Positions 1 through 9,830 are shown, counted from the first letter of the stretch. The stretch: 64,000 bases of DNA from Brevinema sp. (GCA_051649605.1 JBOFHK010000025.1:40956-104955), one strand, 5' to 3'. Notes: a model not told the origin generated them from the letters alone. Translations and numbers: made by a program.

Positions 1-1
1 C

Positions 2-439
2 CAATGTGTTTTTATTATGACGTCCAATCTTGGGTCTCATACTATTGTTGATTGGAAAGGCTCAGAAGAAGACTTAGAAAAACACCTAAAAGATGAGTTA
101 AAAACAATCTTTCGCCCTGAATTTCTTAACCGTATCGACGATATTACAATCTTTCACCGATTAACTAAAGAAGATCTCATACAAATTACAGAAATTCAAA
201 TCGAAGATATTAAAAAACGACTGGCAGAACGCGATATTACTCTGCATATTAGTAAAACTGCTAAAGAATATTTGGCTCAAGAAGGCTTTGATCCAGAATT
301 TGGAGCAAGACCACTCAGGCGTGTGATTACCGATCAGGTTTTAAATCCTTTAGCCTTAAAATTGATTGAAGGTTCTCTAAAAGAAAAAGTCTATTTAGAG
401 TATAACGATCAAGGATTAACCTTTAAAGACAAAGCATAA
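2..439 (+). CDS. clpB: ClpB-type AAA+ disaggregase, C-terminal fragment (gene begins upstream of the window)
   Basis: Frame is open to the window edge. It carries the IMTSNLGS and GARPLRRVI motifs of the Clp/Hsp100 D2 module, and the tail resembles ClpB. Confidence 0.85.
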   Translation, partial: QCVFIMTSNLGSHTIVDWKGSEEDLEKHLKDELKTIFRPEFLNRIDDITIFHRLTKEDLIQITEIQIEDIKKRLAERDITLHISKTAKEYLAQEGFDPEFGARPLRRVITDQVLNPLALKLIEGSLKEKVYLEYNDQGLTFKDKA

Positions 440-498
440 ATATTCCGATTATATCCTATTAATAACAAGGTGCTATTCTATATCAAAAAGGGAAGATT

Positions 499-1026
499 AT
501 GAAAGCTCAAGTGATTTTATATATTGCACAAAGTTTAGATGGTTATATCGCAGATCTTGATGGAGGCATTCAATGGTTACCACAAAATATGGGCGAAAAA
601 ATGTCGCAGTTTTATGAAGAATTTATTAATAAGATTGATATCATTCTTATGGGGCGGAATACTTACGATCAGATCATAACAGAACTTAGCCCCAATACTT
701 GGCCTTACCCTCCAAGGATCGACTATTTCGTTTGGACAAGTCGACCCTTAGTCAATCAAAAAAATACTGATTCAGATATTACACTCTTCCTCGAACAGCA
801 AAAAAAGAAAGAGAAAAAAAATATTTGGATTCTCGGAGGGGGACATTTCGTTCATCAATGGATTGAGAAAGATCTTATTGATGAATATATGATCTGCACG
901 GCACCAATAATTTTAGGCGAAGGGATCAAGTTATTTCCCCAAACAAAAAATAGTATTCCACTAACCCTAACCAATCTAATCCAAGAAGACAATATGGTCC
1001 TAATGCATTATAAAAAATTTTCTTAA
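499..1026 (+). CDS. Dihydrofolate reductase family protein (RibD C-terminal domain-like)
   Basis: YIAQSLDGYIA, LMGRNTY and WILGGG motifs typical of the RibD_C/DHFR-like fold. A purine-rich RBS lies upstream. Confidence 0.75.
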   Translation: MKAQVILYIAQSLDGYIADLDGGIQWLPQNMGEKMSQFYEEFINKIDIILMGRNTYDQIITELSPNTWPYPPRIDYFVWTSRPLVNQKNTDSDITLFLEQQKKKEKKNIWILGGGHFVHQWIEKDLIDEYMICTAPIILGEGIKLFPQTKNSIPLTLTNLIQEDNMVLMHYKKFS

Positions 1027-1102
1027 ACAATTCCAAGATCATTCGTATTCCCCTATTGTGATCAGAAGAAATATCTGAGAATAACTCTGAGTTATCAATA
1101 GA

Positions 1103-1720
1103 TCATAATAACTTAAAGCTCCGACGATGATGAGGGCTAATTCCATATTTTTTAATAGCTTCTCGATGGGCTCTGGTTGGGTATCCTTTATTTTTATGCC
1201 AATCATAATAAGGGTATTCTCTATGAAGTTCTTTCATAATCCTATCCCTCGTTGTTTTAGCCAAAATCGAAGCTGCGGCGATATGAAAGCTTTTTTGATC
1301 CCCTTTCACTAAAGAAATAACAGCCACATTAGGAAGCTCTTCAGCATTAATCTTCATCGCATCAGTTAGCAGAATTTCACATCCTACTTGCTTCCGAATC
1401 GTCTGAAAACAAGATATCATACCCCACTTTGAAGCTTGATAAATATTCATCGTCTCGATATCTTGTATAGAGATTATTTCAATATGGTAAGCTATCGCCT
1501 GTTCTTGAATCTGTAGGGCTAATGATTCTCTTTTATTTTCTTTAAGGGTTTTTGAATCAAAGATATTAGGAATCACCACATCATCAGCAAATAAAACCCC
1601 CGCTACCACCAAAGGTCCTGCTAAAGGCCCTCGCCCTGCTTCATCCGTACCAACAAGATACCGAAAATCCAAACCATAAGCGGTTAATATTTTTTTATCA
1701 TCTGTAATCGATAGCATCAT
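1103..1720 (-). CDS. rnhB: Ribonuclease HII
   Basis: GTDEAGRGPLAGPLVVAGV active-site motif; about 200 aa, typical RNase HII length. Confidence 0.92.
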   Translation of the reverse strand: MMLSITDDKKILTAYGLDFRYLVGTDEAGRGPLAGPLVVAGVLFADDVVIPNIFDSKTLKENKRESLALQIQEQAIAYHIEIISIQDIETMNIYQASKWGMISCFQTIRKQVGCEILLTDAMKINAEELPNVAVISLVKGDQKSFHIAAASILAKTTRDRIMKELHREYPYYDWHKNKGYPTRAHREAIKKYGISPHHRRSFKLL

Positions 1721-1727
1721 TTATCTC

Positions 1728-1760
1728 AAAAAAATAACGCTGGTTTCAGCGTTATTTTTT
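1728..1760 (-). terminator. Rho-independent terminator after rplS
   Basis: Hairpin aataacgctg/cagcgttatt with a 4-nt loop, flanked by an A-run and a T-run, directly 3' of rplS on the minus strand. Confidence 0.7.
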
Positions 1761-1761
1761 C

Positions 1762-2244
1762 TTATTTTTGTATTTTTTTATTTTCACCTTTTTTGAGAGC
1801 CATTTCTTTAAGACGAGCAGCTTTACCAAAACGTCCTCTCAAGAAGTAAAGTTTTGCACGGCGAACTTTTGCACGGCGAACAATTTCAATATGAGCAATA
1901 TAAGGAGAATGAAACGAAAATACACGCTCAATAGAAATCCCAGCACTCACACGACGCACCATAAAGGTTTTACGATTCATTCCATGTTTAAAACAAAGAA
2001 CAACTCCTTCATAAACCTGAATTCTCTCTTTATTTCCTTCGGTAATACGAACACTCACACGAATAGTATCACCAACACCAAACTTAGGGAATTTTTCATC
2101 ATTGTTTTGTTCTTCAAGAAGCATCAACTCAATATCATGTAAGGTGTTTTTAATTTTTTGTGTTTTTACGACTGGTACTCCTGTTTCTACAGTTTGAGAC
2201 TCTTCCACAGTTTCTTCAGTAGTTGTTTTTAACTCTTCGGACAT
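1762..2244 (-). CDS. rplS: 50S ribosomal protein L19, apparently with an acidic Thr/Glu-rich N-terminal extension
   Basis: GDTIRVSVRITEGNKERIQVYEGVV and RRAKLYFLRGRFGKAARLKE are L19 signatures. The ATG at 2244 has an AGGAGA RBS 6 nt upstream. An alternative internal ATG at 2124 has only a weak RBS. Confidence 0.88.
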   Translation of the reverse strand: MSEELKTTTEETVEESQTVETGVPVVKTQKIKNTLHDIELMLLEEQNNDEKFPKFGVGDTIRVSVRITEGNKERIQVYEGVVLCFKHGMNRKTFMVRRVSAGISIERVFSFHSPYIAHIEIVRRAKVRRAKLYFLRGRFGKAARLKEMALKKGENKKIQK

Positions 2245-3019
2245 TTCTATTCTCCTGTATTGCTTTCTCAAAAGCGCTCAGTCTTTTTTGTAAAAGCTTA
2301 TTTTGTTTTTTTATTTTTTTTAGTGGATTACTATATTGTGTAGGAATAAAACATAAAGGATACTCTCTCAATAGTTCCGGTCTTCTCTGCCATGTTATTA
2401 GCAATTGCTCCAAAAAACGATTTTCTTGAATCAATCGATGATTCCCCGACTTTAAGTAAGCTGGAATTTGTTTATTTTCAAAACTATCTGGTTTCGTATA
2501 ATGAGAATATTCCAACAGTCCTTGACAAAACGATTCATCTTCGGTCGCATCTGATCTTAATATATGACCATCCGTCCTTAGTAAAGAATCAATAAGTACT
2601 AAAGCAGGAAGTTCTCCACCACTTAAAACATAGTCTCCAATAGAAATCTCTTCATCAATATAATGATCTAAAACTCGCTGATCCATCCCTTCATACCGTG
2701 ATGCAATAATCATCAAATGTTTATGCTGGTTTAATTCGTGGATTTTTTGAGTGTTTAATACATTCCCTCTAGGAGACATATGAATAACATAAGTCTGCTT
2801 ATTGGTATTTTGTTTAATGGCGTGAGAGACAACATCAGCTCGAAATAACATTCCAGGCCCAGGAGCAACACTCTTATCATCAACTCTTTGATCTTTAGCC
2901 CAATCGCGTAAATTCAACGATTCTATCACAAGAATATTTTCAGCTCTTTTAAGAATCCCATAAGAAAGTGCTCCTAAGATCATTTGGGGAAATAACGATA
3001 AAACCGTAATTTTTTCCAT
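2216..3019 (-). CDS. trmD: tRNA (guanine37-N1)-methyltransferase
   Basis: MEKITVLSLFPQM start, plus SIGDYVLSGGELPALVLIDS (SPOUT knot region). The basic C-terminal tail overlaps the rplS start. Confidence 0.9.
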   Translation of the reverse strand: MEKITVLSLFPQMILGALSYGILKRAENILVIESLNLRDWAKDQRVDDKSVAPGPGMLFRADVVSHAIKQNTNKQTYVIHMSPRGNVLNTQKIHELNQHKHLMIIASRYEGMDQRVLDHYIDEEISIGDYVLSGGELPALVLIDSLLRTDGHILRSDATEDESFCQGLLEYSHYTKPDSFENKQIPAYLKSGNHRLIQENRFLEQLLITWQRRPELLREYPLCFIPTQYSNPLKKIKKQNKLLQKRLSAFEKAIQENRNVRRVKNNY

Positions 3020-3023
3020 AGAA

Positions 3024-3563
3024 TTATAATAGCTCATCCAAGTGATCGAAAAGTATTTTTCGTTCTTCAAGAAGAATATCCGATACATAGCGATCGTTAA
3101 AAGGAACGGCTAAATCCATCTTTGTATTTACTTGTTTGATTACAAAAATCTCCTGACCAGCTACTTCAAATACATTGGTAATTACTCCAATCTGCTGGTC
3201 TCGATACCAAGCTTCCAGATCCATAAGGTCTTTAATAAAATATTCTCCATCAGGGAGAGATATTAAAAATTCTTCTTTTATAAAAAGTGGCACTAAACGC
3301 CAAGTTTCTGCCATAGTGCGGTCGGTAATATCCGTAAAAAAAACTTTTGCATGCTCAGGATTGTCGGAAAAAACTAGAGAGCGAAACTTCATCTCCCGAA
3401 ATCCAAATTCTTGTTTCCTATCTTTAATATAAAATGTTTCTACTTTTTTCAAATCAGAAATACTATCAATATAAAATAGAACTTTTAATTCTCCTTTTAT
3501 ACCAAAGGGTTTGATAATTTTGCCTATTTCAACAAATCCTGAAGAAACATCTACTTGGAACAT
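3024..3563 (-). CDS. rimM: 16S rRNA processing protein RimM
   Basis: IGKIIKPFGIKGELKV N-terminal motif and conserved position between rpsP and trmD. Confidence 0.88.
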   Translation of the reverse strand: MFQVDVSSGFVEIGKIIKPFGIKGELKVLFYIDSISDLKKVETFYIKDRKQEFGFREMKFRSLVFSDNPEHAKVFFTDITDRTMAETWRLVPLFIKEEFLISLPDGEYFIKDLMDLEAWYRDQQIGVITNVFEVAGQEIFVIKQVNTKMDLAVPFNDRYVSDILLEERKILFDHLDELL

Positions 3564-3569
3564 AAATTA

Positions 3570-3809
3570 TTAAGCTCTCACTTTAGCAACAAGTTGCTTT
3601 ACCGTAAGAGAAGGAATCGCACCTTTTTTTACCCACTCATCAAAACGCTCAACATTAATGAGAACTTGATCTTTCTCTTCGATAGGTCTATAAGTCCCTA
3701 AATTTTCAATATAAGCACCATCTCTGGCATTTCTTGAATTTGTAACAACAACACGATAATAAGGAGCTTTTTTCTTTCCTAAACGCATTAAACGAATATT
3801 AGTTGACAC
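3570..3809 (-). CDS. rpsP: 30S ribosomal protein S16 (GTG start)
   Basis: IRLMRLGKKKAPYYRVVV is the S16 signature. The GTG at 3809 lies 5 nt after a GGAGGA RBS. The track start at 3833 would sit at or before the predicted transcription start. Confidence 0.9.
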   Translation of the reverse strand: MSTNIRLMRLGKKKAPYYRVVVTNSRNARDGAYIENLGTYRPIEEKDQVLINVERFDEWVKKGAIPSLTVKQLVAKVRA

Positions 3810-3840
3810 CGATGTCCTCCAAAAAAATATCACTTCCAGT

Positions 3841-3869
3841 ATTTTACTATATTTGACCTATTTTGTCAA
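3841..3869 (-). promoter_or_regulatory. Sigma70-type promoter of the rpsP-rimM-trmD-rplS operon
   Basis: On the minus strand: TTGACA, 17 nt, TAAAAT, about 30 nt upstream of the rpsP GTG. Confidence 0.7.
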
Positions 3870-3895
3870 TGATTTTCAAAAATATAATTATGACA

Positions 3896-4870
3896 CTAAT
3901 ATTTTTGAAAAAAATGTTTGCAAGGAGATACAATCGGATAATCTTTAAAGACTTGATCCTTATCTACCCAAATATCATAAGGGCTATCTTCTTCCTGATA
4001 ATCGTCTAATAAACAAAAAACTCGCTCTACTCGACTATTAGAAATCCGATAATGGATAGTTTTATATTCTAATCCTAATACTTGCTTCCGAATAATAAAA
4101 TCGTAGAGTCCTTTTCTACGCGTTCCATCAACGATTTTTCTTAAAAGATAACGATTATTTTTTTTGATCACCAAAGCATATTCTTTCACTATATTAATCG
4201 GAGCTTTAATTTTATCTCCTGGAAAGTTAGCGAGATCGTCCAGCTCAAAAGCTTTACACTCTGACACCAAAGGGCAATTAAGACAATCTGCTTTTTTGAC
4301 TCCACAAACTAAAGACCCTAATTCCATTAAAGCTTGATTCCAAGCCCAAACTTCATTACTATCAATGCGTTCTATTAAATCTTGAGCTTTACTTCTTAAG
4401 ATTTTTTCAAAATTCAGCATAGTGCGTCGATAAGCAAAAAAACGACCTAAAACCCGATCCACATTAGTATCAATTAATGACACAGGATGATGAAACGCAA
4501 TAGAACAAATCGCTCCTGCCGTATATGCTCCAATCCCAGGCATTTTTAACAATTCTACAAATTCCGAAGGAAAATTTTCTTCTTTTTGAAGTAGCTGAGC
4601 AGTTTTTAATAAGTTCTTTGCCCGTGAATAATAACCTAATCCCGCCCACAAGGTCAATACCTCTTCTTCTGACGCCTGAGCTAAATCTTCAAGCCTTGGG
4701 AATCGTTCCATAAAACGACCAAAAAACGAATGCACTGTGGCTACTGTTGTTTGCTGTAACATCACTTCTGAAACCCATACCCGATAAGGGCTAGGATTTT
4801 CTCGCCAAGGCATAGAACGGTGATGTTGATAAAACCATTGGAGTAATTGATTTTGTGCGTTTTTGGTCAT
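3896..4870 (-). CDS. mutY: A/G-specific adenine DNA glycosylase
   Basis: HhH-GPD region (LLKMPGIGAYTAGAI), 4Fe-4S loop C-x6-C-x2-C-x5-C (CGVKKADCLNCPLVSEC), and a Nudix-like C-terminal domain. Confidence 0.9.
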   Translation of the reverse strand: MTKNAQNQLLQWFYQHHRSMPWRENPSPYRVWVSEVMLQQTTVATVHSFFGRFMERFPRLEDLAQASEEEVLTLWAGLGYYSRAKNLLKTAQLLQKEENFPSEFVELLKMPGIGAYTAGAICSIAFHHPVSLIDTNVDRVLGRFFAYRRTMLNFEKILRSKAQDLIERIDSNEVWAWNQALMELGSLVCGVKKADCLNCPLVSECKAFELDDLANFPGDKIKAPINIVKEYALVIKKNNRYLLRKIVDGTRRKGLYDFIIRKQVLGLEYKTIHYRISNSRVERVFCLLDDYQEEDSPYDIWVDKDQVFKDYPIVSPCKHFFQKY

Positions 4871-6294
4871 TATACTCGTTCACTACGGCAACGTGCTTGC
4901 TCTTTGATAATTTGATTATCTAAAGGAGATAATTTTAACGCTTCATCAAAGCAACGGTCAGATTCAATAAAATCTTTAATATCATGAAAAAATAAAGCTG
5001 CATGAAACCAAATTTCAGGATTGAGAGGGTCTTTTTGTAATGCCTGTTCAAAAATGGAGCGTGCTTCGTAAACTTTCCCCTGTATTTTGAGAACATTCCC
5101 CAACAAACTTAACGCTTCTCCATTATCAGGATCTTGTTCTAGTAAAGAAGAAATCCACCGTTGTGCATGATCTAATTTACCCCAATCTAAAAGCATCGCC
5201 GCATAATGATACCGAAGCATAATATCAGAAGCATGCTCAATCAAGGCTTGTTCAAAAATTAATTGACTTCTTTCATACTCTTCCATATCTGCAAGAGTTA
5301 CTGCCAATAAGGTAATAAAATCAACATTTTTAGGTTCTAGGGCTAAAGCTTTTTCCAAAACCTCTACCGTACTTTCCAAACGCCCTGAATCAACCAAAAC
5401 AGAAGCTAGTTGAAAATAAGCCTGAGCATAATTTGGATAACTATTCACTAGAGTCTGAGCACAATGGATTGCTTCTTCATATTTACCATCACGGACTAAA
5501 ATATTAGAATATGTTTGTAGAGCAACCATATCAGCTGGATTAATGGATAAAATTCTCTTGAGGATTGATTCAGATTTACCAAACTCCCCCTTCCGTATCA
5601 GTAATAAAACATAATTATTAAGCATAGGTATATCGTTAGGATCTCTAGATAATGCCTTATCGTAGAACCATTCAGCTTCTTCAATACGATCTAATAAAAA
5701 CAAGAGATTCGCATAGTTAAATTCTACACTAATATCTAATCCTAGTTCTTCATTTTCGATTAATGCTTTTTTAAAATACTCTTCTGATTCGTCAAAACGC
5801 CCTAAATCCGCTAAAAGAAGAGCATAATTATTATAAATAAAAGGGTCATCAAGAATTTGTTTCATCATAAACCGATAATACCACTCTGCAAGACGAAATT
5901 TCCCTAGCTCTGCCAATTCATTCGCTTTATCCATTAGGCGTTCTGCTGCAAGCATATCTTGATCTAAAAATTGGACAAAGTACCGATCAGCTGTTTCCAA
6001 ATCTCCCGTTTCTACACAAAAATCTCCATATCGGAAAAATAAATTAGGATTATCTTTTTCAAGCTGGAGTAACCGTGTATAGATTAATTTAGTTTCTTTA
6101 TAGCGTCCCTGTTCCTGCAAAAAACCAGCATAATTTGATAAAGCTGTGGTATGCTCTCCATCAAGCATGAGAATTTTTTGATAGATTTGTTCCGCAAATT
6201 CACTATTTGAGGTAGCAATCGTATCCGCATACTCACCCCAAAGAGAAATATCTTCTTCTTCCATAAGTTTTAAACTTTTTTCGTTAAATTCCAT
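4870..6294 (-). CDS. Tetratricopeptide repeat protein
   Basis: Many repeated 34-aa A/Y/L-pattern units (for example YNNYALLLADLGRFDESEEYFKKAL). Its stop overlaps the mutY start by 1 nt (TAATG). Confidence 0.8.
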   Translation of the reverse strand: MEFNEKSLKLMEEEDISLWGEYADTIATSNSEFAEQIYQKILMLDGEHTTALSNYAGFLQEQGRYKETKLIYTRLLQLEKDNPNLFFRYGDFCVETGDLETADRYFVQFLDQDMLAAERLMDKANELAELGKFRLAEWYYRFMMKQILDDPFIYNNYALLLADLGRFDESEEYFKKALIENEELGLDISVEFNYANLLFLLDRIEEAEWFYDKALSRDPNDIPMLNNYVLLLIRKGEFGKSESILKRILSINPADMVALQTYSNILVRDGKYEEAIHCAQTLVNSYPNYAQAYFQLASVLVDSGRLESTVEVLEKALALEPKNVDFITLLAVTLADMEEYERSQLIFEQALIEHASDIMLRYHYAAMLLDWGKLDHAQRWISSLLEQDPDNGEALSLLGNVLKIQGKVYEARSIFEQALQKDPLNPEIWFHAALFFHDIKDFIESDRCFDEALKLSPLDNQIIKEQARCRSERV

Positions 6295-6314
6295 AGTGCT
6301 TACCCTTGCTATCT

Positions 6315-7562
6315 CTATTTAAAATCTAAAAATAAAGATTTTAACTCCAAACCTGCTATTTTTTTTGTACTATAATCCATTTTGATCCGCTCTTTTGCGG
6401 TAATAAATTCCGAAGAAGTTGCCCCATTATTAAGAGCCATATCCGCTTCAAGATAAGCTCCTAGATAATCTGATAAACGAACCAAAGAACCGTCTCGGGG
6501 ATTGTACTTATCTTGATTGAATTCTGCAGGGATTCCATCTTCGTAACTCTTAATTTTTTTATCATACATCGTTTGATCTGCAAATTCATCTGTAATAAAA
6601 TAAAAAAGCTCCGACCGTAATTTTTCGGGAATCAACATTTTAAATTTACGTTCCATTTCCTCCTGTTCAATTTCTTTAATGAGATCCCCAAATCCTGCAA
6701 TATCTCTCTTTAATGGAGAAATAATATCCCTCGTAAAAACTTCAGGCAAATCATGAAATACCGCAGTAAAAAAATTATTATAAAGCCTTTTGGAACAAGC
6801 CCCTGCAGATAAAGAAAAAAAGTAAGACAATAATGCTACATAAAAAGAATGCCCTAGCACAGACGTTTTAGGTTCACGATATAATTGAGCCCAACGTACT
6901 TGAAATCTCATCTGTCCAAACATTTTTACTAACTGCGTATAAGAAGAATAGTTTTCATCGGTAAAAAGATTAGTTTTACTTTCCTCACGAATGTGTTTTG
7001 TTTCTAATTTTCCCACGAGATGCCGTCGTAATTCTATATGTTTATTTTTGAGATTTTCCATATCGTGGGCAATTTCAGTAATCCCAAAACCATTAGGATT
7101 AGCATGCACCAAGAGGTCAAATTCCCATAAGGTCGCGTCAGCTTTGGCAATTTCTAAAATTTTATACGTTAGAGTATCTATCTTATCGTAAGGGTGTTCA
7201 CACCAATAGATAAATTTTTGAATAAACTCTGGAGGAAGTCCTTCCAAATATGGAAGCATCATATCCTTAACAAAATTTCTAAGCGATGTATACTGACTGT
7301 GATTAGAACTAATACGAGAAAAAACAGGGGGTTTAATATCCGTAATAATAATCCGCTCTAAATAATGAAAAACTATCTGCTCCATTAACATCTGCATATC
7401 TATTTGTTCTTCTTCTTCAATAGAGCGTGCTAAAAAATAAGCTAAACAGGCAGCATGCCCCTGCTTATCCATCTCGACCAATTCCGTAGGGCGGAGCTGA
7501 TCATTCCAACGCTGCATTGTAAATCCATCAAATAATTTTACGATCAAACTTTTTCGTATCAT
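6315..7562 (-). CDS. HD-superfamily phosphohydrolase, YfbR-like, with a degenerate N-terminal repeat of the fold
   Basis: The C-terminal half has RW..(x)..SVLGHSFYVA...FHDLPEVFTRDI (the H...HD...D pattern of YfbR-type 5'-nucleotidases). The N-terminal half (QRWND...GHAACLA...FHYLERIITD) looks like a decayed copy. The ATG at 7562 has a GGAGA RBS. Confidence 0.65.
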   Translation of the reverse strand: MIRKSLIVKLFDGFTMQRWNDQLRPTELVEMDKQGHAACLAYFLARSIEEEEQIDMQMLMEQIVFHYLERIIITDIKPPVFSRISSNHSQYTSLRNFVKDMMLPYLEGLPPEFIQKFIYWCEHPYDKIDTLTYKILEIAKADATLWEFDLLVHANPNGFGITEIAHDMENLKNKHIELRRHLVGKLETKHIREESKTNLFTDENYSSYTQLVKMFGQMRFQVRWAQLYREPKTSVLGHSFYVALLSYFFSLSAGACSKRLYNNFFTAVFHDLPEVFTRDIISPLKRDIAGFGDLIKEIEQEEMERKFKMLIPEKLRSELFYFITDEFADQTMYDKKIKSYEDGIPAEFNQDKYNPRDGSLVRLSDYLGAYLEADMALNNGATSSEFITAKERIKMDYSTKKIAGLELKSLFLDFK

Positions 7563-7654
7563 GAATTCTCCTATGTTATTATAAACATATCTTATATTAT
7601 ATAAGATTTTTATTCTTATTGCAACGATTGATAAATCCATAATAGCCTTAGGTA

Positions 7655-7684
7655 TTGACAAAAGATACTGATAATGACTATAAT
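7655..7684 (+). promoter_or_regulatory. Sigma70-type promoter of the small lipoprotein gene
   Basis: TTGACA, 18 nt, TATAAT, about 35 nt upstream of the ATG at 7718. Confidence 0.65.
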
Positions 7685-7717
7685 AAAATATAAAGATATT
7701 GATAATGAGGGTATACC

Positions 7718-8107
7718 ATGATAAAAAAATTTAGTTTATTGTTGATAATTTTGGGGGTCATTGCTTGTGAAAATAATCCCAATAATTTTACCGCTGAAGC
7801 AAATGCTTTTTTAGACGCAATCAACGGTAAGGAATACCAAGGAACAGGTACTTATGCTAATTCTCGTTTTACCGTTACCGCTACTATTATTGCTGAATAT
7901 ACAACCCCTCCAAGTAATACAGAACACTTTAGATTTATTAATGTGTATCAAAATAGCACCACCCAAGGAATCTATAAAATCAATAGAGAAGAACGATACA
8001 TTGGGGTTGTCATCGAAGATAACGGTCAAATTCTCCAACGAACTCCCGAAACCTCCACCCCAGAATCGATCACTTGGTCAGCAGCCGTTACTTTCGCCAC
8101 TCGTTAA
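7718..8107 (+). CDS. Small lipoprotein, unknown function
   Basis: Signal peptide with lipobox LGVIAC. Preceded by a promoter and followed by a terminator. No family recognised. Confidence 0.6.
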   Translation: MIKKFSLLLIILGVIACENNPNNFTAEANAFLDAINGKEYQGTGTYANSRFTVTATIIAEYTTPPSNTEHFRFINVYQNSTTQGIYKINREERYIGVVIEDNGQILQRTPETSTPESITWSAAVTFATR

Positions 8108-8118
8108 TAACAGATCCA

Positions 8119-8152
8119 TAAAAAATAGATACCAAATTGGTATCTATTTTTT
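8119..8152. terminator. Bidirectional rho-independent terminator
   Basis: Hairpin atagatacca/tggtatctat flanked by an A-run and a T-run, between convergent genes. Confidence 0.7.
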
Positions 8153-8171
8153 ATTTAAACATCATTTTATT

Positions 8172-8807
8172 TTAAAGAAGACCAATGAGTTGATTAAGAT
8201 CTTTAGCGTTCTCTCCAATTAACCGCTGATCACTATCTCCAATGACAATAGTAGGAAAAGCTGTAACTTCAAATTTTTCAGAATATTCTTTAAAAGCAGG
8301 CCCTTCCACCATATAGGATTTAATGTTGGGATTTTTTATAGCAAGTTTATGAATATTCATCACAGCTTGTGGGCATTGAGGACAGGTAAGAGAAATATAT
8401 GCATAGATATGTAATGGTTTTACCACTTGCTTGATTTTTGCTTGATAGTCTGCTGATAATTCTTCAATTTTTCCCGACACTTCTAATAAGGACATCAAGA
8501 AAGAATTAATCTCGTAGCCTCCAGGAGTCCCATAGAACCCCACTCCTTTTAACGCTTCGTCCTCGGCAGTTACAAAAATTGCAGGCGTGGCAAAAGCATT
8601 CCATTCTTTTGCTTTGTCTTGATGTTCACTAATATTATAAGTTATTAGGGTGATTTTACTAGAAAAGCCCGCAAACTCGTTAACAAAGGTTTCTGTTTCT
8701 ATACTTTTTTCGTTATCACCTTTGAAAAAAATAATCTTCACTGGATGGATCATTCCTTCCAAAATACTACTCAACTGCTGAGTAGTTGCTTCGTCAAACA
8801 TTGCCAT
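8172..8807 (-). CDS. AhpF N-terminal-domain-like double-thioredoxin-fold protein (stand-alone redox mediator)
   Basis: YISLTCPQCPQAVMNIHKLAIKNP matches the AhpF NTD redox centre (YYSLSCHNCPDVV...). About 210 aa, the size of the AhpF NTD. AAGAGG RBS. Confidence 0.8.
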   Translation of the reverse strand: MAMFDEATTQQLSSILEGMIHPVKIIFFKGDNEKSIETETFVNEFAGFSSKITLITYNISEHQDKAKEWNAFATPAIFVTAEDEALKGVGFYGTPGGYEINSFLMSLLEVSGKIEELSADYQAKIKQVVKPLHIYAYISLTCPQCPQAVMNIHKLAIKNPNIKSYMVEGPAFKEYSEKFEVTAFPTIVIGDSDQRLIGENAKDLNQLIGLL

Positions 8808-8826
8808 ACAAACCTCTTTTATAATT

Positions 8827-9801
8827 TTAATTTTCAGTAATTAGATAATTAGATACTGCGAGTGCTGCTTTTGCCCCTTCCCCAGCGGCAATAACCACCT
8901 GTTTAAAAGGAACAATCGTAACATCTCCAGCAGCATAAACACCTGGAATATCAGTAGAACAATCCATATTAATAATAATTTCTCCAATTTTATTTTTGAT
9001 CCTATCAGATACAAAACCACTAGTAGGCAATAAACCGATTTCGACAAAAATCCCATCAGCTTCAATTGTAGATTCTTTATTGGTTTGGGTGTCTTTGATG
9101 ATTAAACGCTCCACATTTGCTCCGCCTTCAATACGCACACATACAGAGTTATAAACTACATTGACACGACTATTGCTAAGCATTTTTTCGACCAAAACAG
9201 CATCCCCTGTAAACATTGATAAGTTTTGAACGACGGTAACTTCTTTTGCATAACTCAGCATATCAATAGACGCTTCTACTCCAGAATTACCTCCTCCAAC
9301 AACCACAACCTTTTTATCTACAAAAAGAGGCCCATCACAAGTAGTACAATATGCCACCCCTCGACCAAGATAATCCAATTCTCCTGGAATCCCTAAAGTA
9401 CGCGGAGATTTCCCTGTTGCAATAATCACCGTTTTTGCCTGGTATACTGTCCCATCGTTACAAATAATTTTTTTAATAACCCCTTCTAACTCCGTAGAAG
9501 CGACTTTTGTGTTTTTTTTCATCGGAAAAGCAAATTTGTCAACATGGTTGTAAAATCGATTGGCTAGCACAGAGCTTTTAATATCAAGATCTCCAAGCCA
9601 ATTTTCGATAGAAGCACTTTTAACAATCTGCCCACCAATTTCGTCAGTTATCAATCCCAAGTTAATTTTTTTACGAGAAGCATACAAGGCTGCATTCATT
9701 GCAGCAGGTCCACCCCCAATAATCAACAAATCATATACTTCTGTTTCGGAAAGTATATTGATTGTACAACTGAACGAAGATAAATCTATCTTTAAATCCA
9801 T
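8827..9801 (-). CDS. AhpF-type FAD/NADH disulfide reductase module (thioredoxin-reductase-like), lacking the NTD
   Basis: YDLLIIGGGPAAMNAALYASR (FAD), IGGQI...IENW, CTTCDGPLF redox CxxC, and VVGGGNSGVEASIDM (NADH). These features are AhpF-like rather than TrxB-like. Confidence 0.85.
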   Translation of the reverse strand: MDLKIDLSSFSCTINILSETEVYDLLIIGGGPAAMNAALYASRKKINLGLITDEIGGQIVKSASIENWLGDLDIKSSVLANRFYNHVDKFAFPMKKNTKVASTELEGVIKKIICNDGTVYQAKTVIIATGKSPRTLGIPGELDYLGRGVAYCTTCDGPLFVDKKVVVVGGGNSGVEASIDMLSYAKEVTVVQNLSMFTGDAVLVEKMLSNSRVNVVYNSVCVRIEGGANVERLIIKDTQTNKESTIEADGIFVEIGLLPTSGFVSDRIKNKIGEIIINMDCSTDIPGVYAAGDVTIVPFKQVVIAAGEGAKAALAVSNYLITEN

Positions 9802-9830
9802 TATATTCTCTCTAATTTGATTTTTATAAT

